A stretch of 52,020 nt of DNA, filler included, from Catajapyx aquilonaris (taxonomy: Eukaryota): the NCBI GenBank assembly GCA_000934665.2. It is 2 parts of 2 records of this genome, joined end to end, with 100 filler letters (N's around TTAATTAATTAA, not from the genome) between each part and the next. Parts side by side here need not be neighbours in the genome. Positions count along the whole stretch, not along the records: positions 1 to 25,965 come from JYFJ02005280.1; positions 26,066 to 52,020 come from JYFJ02005281.1. The stretch is one strand, 5' to 3'. Position numbers and translations under genes: made by a program. The notes beneath the pieces were generated by a model that was given only the letters and a program-made list of their open reading frames with translations, made no database searches and was not told the DNA's origin. Positions within the stretch are counted from its first letter, which is position 1. Each line of letters opens with the position of its first letter. Of this stretch, positions 25,814 to 37,100 are shown piece after piece.

Positions 25814-25965
25814 GAGGTCTTCATTTATCTTTTACATACACACTCTACTGTGCAATGTTTACAATTTAACTAAGGCAATACGAAACAAATACGTAGTACA
25901 GCACATTACAGTATTTGATGAGAAAAATATATATTTATTGATGGAGAGGGACGGTTGGATATTAA

Positions 25966-26065
25966 NNNNNNNNNNNNNNNNNNNNNNNNNNNNNNNNNNN
26001 NNNNNNNNNTTAATTAATTAANNNNNNNNNNNNNNNNNNNNNNNNNNNNNNNNNNNNNNNNNNNN
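25966..26065. other. Artificial assembly spacer 44N-TTAATTAATTAA-44N
   Basis: Exactly 100 bp, symmetric, with a core that has stop codons in all six frames. Confidence 0.92.
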
Positions 26066-26404
26066 CCCCCCCCCCTAAATCCGCCACTGCATGGAGGTAG
26101 GAAACTACGGAGGTGGTGTGACGTCACGAACTTGACACCTAAGTTGGTTCCCCCTACTTTCTGGTCCATGGTAAGATGGCCGCTGTTCCAGATTAAGTCA
26201 CGCCCCCTGGCACGATTTTTCATATGGATGGTGGGGATAGGGGACACCACCTCATCCCATATAGTATTCCTACCTCCATGGTTTGTGCTGATTCTCATTG
26301 TACATGCGGGCTCGTTGTTTGTATATGAATGAATGTATGACAGTGTCTCATGTGCTTATTTGTGTTAATCGTATCAAGGATTCCGGAAACAAAGTAGGCT
26401 ATAA

Positions 26405-27075
26405 ACCTGTCTAAAACTGATTAACCGGGTGTTCCACGAAGATAAAAGTGCCGCAGTTGGCAATGCAGCAAGTGGACTTATTGGTGTGGGAATCGAACGC
26501 AAAATACTTTCTGATGAAGTCTAATGGGGTCGCCCATACCTCTTCCCTTGGCCGTAACTCATCGTGAAATAATCTTTCGATGCAGCCTAGTCTCGTCACC
26601 AGCAGGATGGAGGTAGTCAAATAAGACCGAGGAGCCCATCGCACGCATGACATCGCTAATGATAATATTCCGTACTGCCAACCGTCGTCCAGTATGGCCT
26701 GTACTCTTGGCCAGGATTTCTCAAAACTCAGATGTGGCGAACTGGCAACACAACATACCAGTGCGCTGCCTCCACGTAGGCGGCAAAGCACCGGTTTCGG
26801 TACCCGAAATGAAACCACTTACCCAGGTTCCGATATGTTTGGTTCCCGAAACGATTACCCTTATCCGGCGGAACGTAACGAAAACAGAACAAGAAGGAGA
26901 TTCGTTTCTAACAGCCACTTCAGTTCCTAAGAATCGTTTAGTTTCCGTAACGAAACAGAACGTGGTCCGGCTAATATAGTTTCGGTTCCGAACCGAAATG
27001 GTATAGCTAACATGTTTGGTTTCGTTTCCATCGGAACGAAACTTTTCTTTCGTTTAGTTTAGTATTACAGCCCTG
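26405..27075 (-). mobile_element. hAT-like transposon 5' remnant: CAGGG terminus, subterminal repeats, BED zinc-finger-like relic
   Basis: CAGGGCTGTAATAC end at 27075; many CGAAAC/GTTTCG motifs at 26790-27060; minus-strand IRKYFAFDSHTNKSTCCIANCGTFI...HPVN. Confidence 0.6.
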
Positions 27076-27237
27076 GTTAGAATGAAAGTCAGAAAAAATG
27101 TCTATGAATGATCATGGTCATGGAATGGAACCTCAAATGTCATGGTCTGTGTTACCCCTCTAAGTCAGTGAATACAGAGATATCACTGTATTCACAAATA
27201 AAATGAAAATAGCCAATTTCTGTATATATGTATCAAC

Positions 27238-27243
27238 TTTATT
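27238..27243 (-). promoter_or_regulatory. Putative polyadenylation signal (AATAAA) of SIPA1L
   Basis: TTTATT on + strand ~680 nt past the stop codon, after an AT-rich 3'UTR. Confidence 0.5.
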
Positions 27244-27917
27244 TAAATTACCTAAAATGAAATACATGCAACAATGATAAAAAGTGCAACGTCAGCTGCC
27301 ACCAATATTTGTTATAGTACATAAATAGGACATCTGGACATGTGCTGCTCCTGTCTAATAACATCAATGTTGCAGTAAATTCTAACAAGGCATTCTGCCA
27401 ACATGTAAAAACAAAAAAAATGCAAGGTCATTATTGTATACCAGTATGTCAGCATGGAAGACTGCAAGTGTGTCCCACACACGTCAAATTTTAAAAGGCA
27501 CCAGAGAGCAGGAACGAAGCTGCTTTGATTGTGACATCCTCATTTGTAAGAGCAATGAACATTTAAATAAGGGCTGCATACAATATGAATCACTTCGTTG
27601 CATAAACTTGTAAGAAATGCTACGACCCTTCCATGCAATGTAACTTTACTTAACCTGGATAAAACAGCAAACATTTGCATTTGTACATCATTTGTGTAAA
27701 ATAAATGAACAAGTAAAAATGGGGCCACCGCAACCCTACCTGAAATGTAATGCCCCCTGAGCTGAATAAATAAGTACACTACAAAAGGCACTCTTCTTTG
27801 GATGGGAGTATCCCTTGTGACACGGAATGTCCTGTGAGAATTTTGGGGCATTTCCTAAAACGACTGGGAGAGCTGAGGACGAGTTACCTTTGTCCCTAAT
27901 GAGAGAGAAAAACAAAT

Positions 27918-28138
27918 TCACTGCTTGTCCATTGAGTGAAAAAACCAGGTGGTGAAGTTCCGGAGCTGCTGCGTGGCAGTCTTGGACTCCTCTTGTAGGT
28001 GGAAGTTTTCTTGCCTGAGCCTCTCCACCTCCTCCTGCAGAAGGGCTCGTTGCTGCTGCTCCCTCTGAAGCTGGGCCTCCACCAATCCTAGGCGAGCTTG
28101 CAAATCACGCCGGTCACCTTCATCAGCTTCAGTAGGAC
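27918..28138 (-). CDS. SIPA1L: SIPA1L terminal coding exon (coiled coil, ...[20 protein letters not shown]...*)
   Basis: Heptad-rich ORF; acceptor TTCAAG|GT is phase-1 compatible; TGA at 27920-27918. Confidence 0.87.
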
Positions 28139-31100
28139 CTTGAATAATGAAAGGGAGAATCTGTTGTAAAAATGTAATTGCATAATTCATGTTCAACACC
28201 ACTCAAACCTTAAATGTCATTTTAAGCAATGATTTAACCCCAGAAGAAAATACTGTCAGCATGTACACTACTGGAACAAGCAGCGTTAAATGCGGGTGTG
28301 GATGGAAGCATGCACAAATCAACTCGCACTAATTGCTGTTTGGGTAAAAGTGAAATTACAGTGAAACCTGCCAAGTTGGACACCTTAATAAGTTGGCCAC
28401 CTCCCTGTGTTGGACATTTTTTCAGATCCGTGAAAAAGCCTATCCCTTGCATTGCTGTTGGACACCTCTCTATCATGGAAGTTGGACACTTTTTTCCCCT
28501 CTTAAGTTGGACACGTACAGTATAATTCTCACATTTACTCAACAAGTATTCTCCCTTTTTTCTTCTGAAAACTTGAGCCATGCTGAGTTCTGCATACACA
28601 ATTTGTGAAGCATGTCTTGATGTCTTCAAGTGACATTGTCAACTGTAAAACAGCAGCATCCTGACAACGGAGGATGAATAAGGTGGCAATGCAGATGAGG
28701 TGCTGAATCAGGTGTTCCAGGATACACAAAGTAAATCTTGAGAAGATGAATGCTCTGTAAAACCTGGGTCTGACGATAACCACCCCCCCCCCCCCCACCC
28801 CCNCCCCCCCCCCCCCCCCCCCAAATCGGGATGTCCTATTAGAACTATACACTTTGTCATGCCACTCTTGTTGACATTTTTGCTGCCCAAAAGAAAATCG
28901 AAATTTCTCTTATTAAACCAGTCACTTGTTACCAATTTATGTACCAAAAAGTAGGCCAGTTTCAGAAATTGCATGTACCCTGTGCTGCATTGTACCAAAA
29001 ATAAGAAAACATGCAAAGACAATCTAGTTCTTTTAGATCCAAAGTATCCTTCTAAAGCCTTCAACCGTACAAATACTCACTTTGTCTAGGAGTGGAACTG
29101 GCGACTTGTAGCATTGCCTTTGTGGCGGTATCCACCAAACTAGGCCAATCCATCTCAGGTGGGAGTGGAAGAGGGTTAGCTGTTGCCTGTGCTGGAGGAT
29201 GCACTGCTGCTCCTAGCCCCACCCCTGGTATAGCTCGTGGACTTAGCCGTTCTTCCTTACTCAACACTCGGTGTGCTGTCCCCACTGATTCACTTGGAGC
29301 TGGACTGGATGCTGTTGATGCGTTTGAGATCACTGTGGCTGGCCTTGCTTTGGTCACTATGACCTCTGACTTGGTTGGTGGGGGCTCAGGAGCTGGGTCT
29401 TCTTTAGGGGAAGATTCATCTGGAGGATCCTCCAGCAAGTAATCTGGATTGATTAGTCGCATTAGGTCCTCCTGTAAGCTGCTGCCTGCATTCCTAGTTG
29501 GTTTACGAATGCAGTCTTTCAATGGTCGTGGACTCTGATTACGACTGTTTCCACCACTCTTTAGGCGGGATTGTGAGGGCGAATCTCTCCCAACAATGTC
29601 CTCCTCACTGTGAGCTGCCACCAGTGTTGACTCAGAATGCCCATCAATTGATGACGATGATGACGACGACTTTGATTTAAGATCTAGTGATGATGAATGC
29701 ACCATACGAGTAGGCTTGTACTTGTGCTCAGGCCTATCCATCCCATTTACCAGCCTGGCATGAGCTGAGAATGTTCTCGAAGTTGGCTCATGTGGGTTAG
29801 ATTCTGGAGCAGCCAATGGTGCCCGGCCCCTCGGCATCATAAAGGGCAAGGAAGGGGCCTCAGTTACATTTGTTCTCCGACGTGATGATGCCCCAAGCTG
29901 CTGCTGCATTACACTGGATCCAGCTCCACGTGATGGGAGTGGAGGAGGTGGAGGTGACTCCTGGTGAGGTGGTGCCAATTCAGAAGGCTCACTCAGATCA
30001 AACCATCCATTGTCATGAGGTTGAAGGGTGCCCACCTGAAAATTATTCGTACACACTGATAAATTTATCTGCTCCTTAACCACTGTAGTTCATTACAAAT
30101 TGTGAAAGTAAGTATAATGGCAGCTTAAGAAATTCTTTAGTGTGCAGTGACACGCCAATCCTCCCAATATGTACTGCACAGCATCTTTATATTACACATT
30201 ATGAAGGGGAAAAAAATTTTTACACACCTCCGTGCCGCTTCCAAAGGATTTACTGCTGCTTCCGGTCCCATAGCCAGAGCTGTTGCTGGAGCGGGGAGGT
30301 GACAGGTTACGCTCATACCTGCACACACATGAATAACCAGTCAAAACAACATACATGCACTAAAGATAGTTGGCCAACCTACAGTAAGTAAAATACCAAT
30401 TCATCGTTGGCTGATGCTGGAACAATCCACAGGCTGCATGAAATTTGGCATAAGGTTTTTAAGCTATTAGAACCAGCACCAACTATTATATCATCTGCAC
30501 ATATTTTCAGATTGTCTCTTCTGCATCCACTTACTACTCCATTAAAATTATTGCCATATTCCCAACACACTATGGTACTGACAAACATTTATCTTACGCA
30601 TAATATGCGTAAGATAAATGTTTGTCAGTACCATAGTATGTTTAGGAAAGTTTTGGGTGATTCTTCACCCAAAACTTTCCTAAAGCAACCACAGAAGCAC
30701 ACATGTCATATGAGTTTTGGAGTCTATAAATAACTACACAAATTATTCACTGGATGCCGCAAACCTATTAAAACTTTTCCATAACATTTGTGTTATAGGG
30801 TGTGTGATTGTGTCTTTGCTCTATCCAACTTTAGACTTTTAAGATTTTTGGAATTTTGGAAGTTTCTCATGGCTCATCAATGATTAGAAAACTGCCAGAA
30901 ATGTCACAGCAGTTGTGACTGATTCACTGCATTTTTACCTGCTGTAATTTTTAATCCCTTACAATGGCCACTTAACCTGCATAATTGCAAACAAACAAAA
31001 AACAGTTAATATTGGTAATTGGCAATTTGATCAATGTATTGACAATTTCTTTCTATAAGTCAGTAAAAAGTACTTGTACAGTGGTGGAAATTAATGGATA

Positions 31101-34100
31101 TTCACAAGTATTGCCACCCAGCGGAGCTTTTCCTTTACATAAAGCTGCTTTATGTAAAGGAAAAGCTCCGCCAGGCAGCGACACTTGTGGATATCTATTA
31201 ATTTCCATCACTGTACAAGGGCCTACTCTAAAGTTACCATATTTAATTGCAATTACAATTGGCTGGTACATCAGGACCTATGTAAATTGAGGTCTGCATG
31301 TCAGTGTATTTTTTAAAGTACAGCCACATCTATACTGCATGCCCACTGTAGAAGTTCGATCCGAGTTTCATATTCTGCAAGTCAAAGGTCTCTGAATCAA
31401 AAAATGATAACCTAATTGACACTGAGTAGCATATAAACACTATGGAGATGCCATAGTGCTTGTCATTAGTCAGCACATATGAAAGCATAAACAGATTACA
31501 TATTCTTTTCGCCGTGTTTGAAGGTGATGGCCTTCCTGAGTATGGATTAAAAGAAATTTTTTATAACATGCTCCTGTTACAGAGTTTATCGTGTGCCAAC
31601 TTTAAGGTATGTCTCTAATGCCTCAGTCATGATGTACCAGTCATATTTAATCTACACTAACAGACTTATTTACAATTAAATTTGCTTACCATCCTGATAT
31701 CTGAGAGCTAGAATGTCAGGCAGAATTGTAACGGTTTTCATGCATAAATCACTTGGACCTATTTCTCTCTTGCACCCCCCTTCCCCCACTCAAAGTGTTT
31801 TGCTTTGTTCACACACATTCTCATGTTCTCACCCTGCCTCCCGCCACTCATGCTTTCGAGTGAAACTCCGTGCAGAACCAGCAGAGAACTATATAATCAA
31901 TTGCTTCACCATAAATACGGCATTGTAGTAGGCCTATTGGTATCCCCAAGTGTTGCTCCTGTTGTGCACGTTGCATACCGTTTGGGATGGCCTCCACCTG
32001 GAACAGGCTGCTGGTGTGTAGCAGTCCTCATGTGGGTCCTTCTCCCATGCGCTCCTGAGGCAGCTGCTCCCAAAGCAGCTGCAGTAGCAGCACCCCCCAC
32101 TCCACCCAACAACCTGAACTCCATAGCGCCCCCAACATTTTCATAATCCCCATCAAGAAGACCTGCGGATGGAGACGTCCCTCCTCCACAGCAGTTTGGT
32201 ACAGAGCAGCCACGGCGGGGAGAACCATCAGCAGAGGGAGGAATTACACTCACTGTCACCACAGAGGATGTCTTAAGCAACTCCACCATTTGCTCTTGGC
32301 TCAGGGTTGATACTGCCACCTTGCATATCTGGTGGGAAAAAACCAGTGGCACTGTTAGCAAATTAGATAATTAGAGAGAAATATTCAGGATCAGGAGGAA
32401 AAAAACTGCAATGTAACATTACTCTCCTGTTAAGGAGGGGATAAAGAAAATTTGGGAGTAAAATTCTCGCTAACTAACAACAGCAGAACAGAAATTTTTT
32501 CTGTGTAAGTGTTACTGACTTCTCTCTTATGATCGTGGTACTTTTCTCATATTATTAATATAGTATTTTTAAAAGTCATTTGCCTGCGGGAGTAATTTAC
32601 ACCGGCGTGAAATTTTCAGTGATGTCGTAACAAGCACCCAAAAATGCGGAAAAAAGAGATGCTCCAGACCAACAAAGCCGATTTTTGTTCAGCTATAGGT
32701 TTTCGGCAGATAATAATTTTGTCAAAATTTGACTGATTTGAGAACTACTAGCAGTTGGGAGAACCCTAATTTTCACGGTTTTTATTGTGGCTAGAGGGAA
32801 TGGTCAACCACGAACACGACCCTTCTTTTACGTAGGGAGGGTCGCATGGAGTGTCTCCTCTTTCCGCCAGAGTTGGAACTCGAAGAAGGTACCAATTTTC
32901 TATATCCCCCTTTAACCCATTCGGCTCCAGCCACCTAGAATCTAGACCATGAGAACTCGACCCCGCAGTACCAGCTATACATGCCATCACCTAGTTTTCT
33001 GCTTATGCATGCACTGAAGATACGAACAAGATATAGTGAAACCTGTCCATTGCGGAATTTTTTCCAGGAAAGGGCATATGCATAGGGCATGCAATGTATT
33101 TTTTGACGAATATTATGGAACCTGCCCAATGCAGAAACGGAAGGGATTTTTGTCTCCCTTCAAAGAAAATCCCTGTTCATAATGGAAATCAAAAGGCTCA
33201 CATTATCTCCTATGGGTCACAAACAAAAACTACAGCTGAGTTCTCTATCGGCCCTCCCAGGAGGCCTCTGAGTAACCCATTTGGACCGTCCGTGTGTCTC
33301 ATATTTGCTACCGGTCCGTGGCCTTGAAGATAAAGGGCGAGGAAAGGGGCCTATTTTTGGTTGGGAAACTCGAAAAACGGCTTGCGGGGCGGGCTGGCCA
33401 AGAAGATGTTACTCATGTGATTCGTAGGTGCATTTTAGTTCACAGCAGGTTCATGGTTCAGTCCAGTTTTAAAATGTCGGGGAAAAGAAGGGGTTGACAC
33501 AGGTTCAACATATTGTCAGAGTCCGGGCTGATGGGCCAATGGAGCAGGCAAAATTACGAATTTGCACCATATTGAGGTAAGGTGCTTATTTTTCCTCTCC
33601 CCATTTTCATTTCTCTCTTGCTGACAAAAAAATCAGTAACGGCCTTGACCTTAATATAGCGGAATTTTTTTCGGGTCCGCTATACCACGATACCGCTATA
33701 CACAGGTTTCATTGTATTTTACCAATAATAACAGCTAGATACATACCCGTTCATGGAAAACACTATGAATGTGTTGGAAACCATTTTTCCTCCCATAGAG
33801 TCTACTGGTAGGGGCACCCAAGGCGGACAGGTCTTTGGGATAGGAGACACACTAAGAGAGGTACCAGTCTTTCCTCTCTTCTTTTTCCTTCGTTTCTCTC
33901 TCCATCTGTCCCGCCTTATAGCCAGATAGCCATAGTTGCTTTGGCTTCTTCTCAATCAACCAAACCAAACCAAACCTCCCATAGAAGTTCCTAAATGAAC
34001 TTCAAAAAATATCGATGTAAAAACTCGAAATTCGAGCACTGCCGTCCAACTGTTAGGCTGATTTAATTATGAAATACGTTAAAATATACGGAATAGCAAT

Positions 34101-37100
34101 CTTGAGAATCTTATCAGATGAATTTGCTGAAATGTCTGTACTTTTCCAGAAATAAGTAAATTTGGGAGTTATCCGAAGTGACAGGCAAGTCGCAGAAACA
34201 TATTAATTTATTTCTCGGAAAGTACACCGATTTCAATGAAGTCTTCTGGCATCGTTCTCAAGTTTGTTATTCCATATATTTTAGTGTATTTTATAATTAA
34301 ATCAGCCTAACAGTTGGCCGGCAGTACTAGGATTTTCATATTTTACAGCGATCTTTTTGGAAATTAATTTACGGACTTATAGCCAAGGAAAATGGTTTCC
34401 AATACATACGTTGTGTTTTGCATCAACAGGTAAGTATAGCTGCTGCTATTTGTCAAATATCTTGCCCTGACCTTCAGAGTACTTGTAAGTTGAACAGGAG
34501 GGAAAATCTAGGTGGAAATATAGCGGGTATACTGTGCCACGATATTTTTGGAAATTACTTTACGGACTTCTATGCAAGTAAAATTGTTTCCAACACATGC
34601 ATTGTGTAGACTGTAGATCATCTGAGCATGAATGTAAAAGTATAGCTGTTATTATTTGTAAAATATCTTGTCATTATTTGCAAGTGGAACGGAAGCGAAA
34701 ATAATCTAGGCGATGGAGGTATAGCTGGTACTGCACGGTCGAGATCTCATCGCCTACTAGATTCTAGGTGGCTGGGGCCGAAGTAGTTAATGATGGTATG
34801 ATTTAACAGTACGACATTTGACCCCAGAAAAACACGTTCTTCCTGGGCAGACTTGCACTTCCTGGAAGTGCCATAAGATGCATGGTCCTCATGCAATGCC
34901 TGAGTCCGATAAAATTAATCCCACCAAACAAAAATGATATGTTGAAGGGTGAGTTCAGTTTTTACTCTGGTGTGAAACTACATTACCATGTTACCAATTG
35001 AAGGGGTTAGTGCCATAACGTGCTAAGCCACACTTTTGTGTTTTTTGAGCTTACACGTGTCTGAAAGTCCCACCCTCGTGCTTCACAAGTGGGCATCACG
35101 TAGTTAGAAAAATTCCCCATAGATCACGAGAAAATCACGAATAATGTTCCTTGTTTTGTATGATTTGCCATATTAAGCCAAACTTTTGAAAGCCCATATC
35201 TCAGAATGAAGGTTTTGTGGCTTAGCACGTTATGGCACTAACCCATTCAATTGTTTGATCACAGGACTGGGAATCGAATTCCTGACAGACTTCCGGCTTT
35301 GTCCTAACCAAGCAGGTCCTGATTTTGTGAGGATGTTTGGGGCATTTGCAGAGAAATGCCACGATGAAAGAGCATGCAACCTGCACAAGTCATTAATATC
35401 AAAATGACACCCTATTGATTGGTTTTCCAACAATGTCGCAAGGGGCATGCACAGTTCAGCTGATGGTGCATCCTACACATGCCCAAAATATATCACAAGG
35501 AAAACAGACCACCCTGTGGTTTGCAAGTTTTTAATGACAATTATATGAAACTAAATGGTGATCACAGGTTGACATTTTATTTTGCACCAATGCAAAACTC
35601 AAACAACCCTACAACATATCCTATTTCCATGGAAGGGTCATTTTTTGGACTAGGGAATGCACTGAATCAGTATGAAGTCCTTTGCCAGAGCATACTCGTT
35701 TACATATTCCTGAATCCAATATTGACATATGAAAACAGTTGCACACTTTGAGCCCTGTTGCATATTTGTCATATTCTGAAGGGTTAGGAAGTAAATGTAG
35801 ACTAGGCCAAGACAATGGAAGGGCCTCTGGCATGGCAGAAAATGTGTGGTTATAACTTGCCAATGGTCCACTGCCATTTTCCAGTAGCACCTCAACAACA
35901 TACCTCAACCAGTCGACTCCCTTGTTGGAGGCCAGCCAGTGCAGCCAAGCCAGTGCGTTCTACCTCAGTTACAAGCCCATCATGTTGTACATGAAAGCCC
36001 AGCTGCACAGCACAATTCCTTCGCAATAGATATTCCACTGTTTCTGCTCCAAAAGTCGTGGCCCTTAGTCTGGCACACACCTCTCCAACATCTTCTTCTT
36101 GACCATCACGCATTCGGAGGATAACACATTCACCCACGTGGTAATAGAGTCGCATGGTGCCACTGGACATGAAGAGAGAACCAGTCAGTATCAGTAGCCA
36201 GTATGAGTATTGTGCAATATTTATTTGGTACAATGCACTTAGGCACACTGAAAAAATTATCATTTAATATGTACAACATGAAAAGCATGAGGGGAGCACA
36301 TTGGTGTAATGGTTAGTCATTAAATTTCATCTATGCCTTTTTCTTTCTTTGAAAAGGATTGGTAAATAACTTCTACCTTCCATCCTGCACAATTTAGGGA
36401 TGTCTTCAATCCTCTGGAGAAAAATATTAATATCTTCTATGCAGTGGTCAAACAAGCTTTATCAAAATGCTTCATGTGCCATACCTTGCTATATCCTCCT
36501 GAGACCTGGTGTCGACAACAGCAAATAAATTTTTTGGCGCCAACTAGTGATGCCAACATAACTGTAATCTGTTGGTATCCCATGATTACAATCAGGCCTC
36601 AATAGGTGTAGCCAACTAGTGTCAAATATCTGACTTGGGCCGCGAAAATTGAATCACTTATGAAAATGGCGGAATCCGCTGCTGAAGCTAGGCGCTCATC
36701 TGATAAGTTTTATTTTTTTTACTCATATTTAGAGTGCGATTTTCGCAATGCAGTGAATGTCCTGGGATTCTCAAGGAATGTGTATTAGGGAATACGAAAA
36801 GATGTGTCTGTGACAATCTTTGTTGCTGTAGAGAACTGGTAATTTTCTTTTCTTCCTAAGACCAAATGCCCATTTAAATGGACGTCCAAAAATTATTATT
36901 TTTTATCTGAATGGGCTGTGGCATTTCTTTAAGTGCCTGTACCTGTACATCCATAAGGAAGTGTGCTTTGCATTATACAGTTCAGTTTTAAAATCTAGAA
37001 TAGCTAGGTACCATGTTAGGGGGTAAGAAGAGAAGCAGCAAGCCCCATGTCTGGAGTGGTGGCGTTCAAAAATAATTCCATTTATCTTTAATTGTCTTCT

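Larger units (their letters stand above)
32916..34786. mobile_element. piggyBac-like non-autonomous element (TTAA TSD) containing nested insertions
   Basis: TTAA-CCCATTCGGCTCCAGCCACCTAGAATCTAG ... CTAGATTCTAGGTGGCTGGGGCCGAAGTAG-TTAA; subterminal IR GCAGTACCAGCTATAC. Confidence 0.75.

Noticed and set aside
28630..28770. Possible extra SIPA1L exon in the last intron (TTTTACAG acceptor)
   Set aside because: The phase-compatible frame hits TGA after ~15 codons, and the model is complete without it
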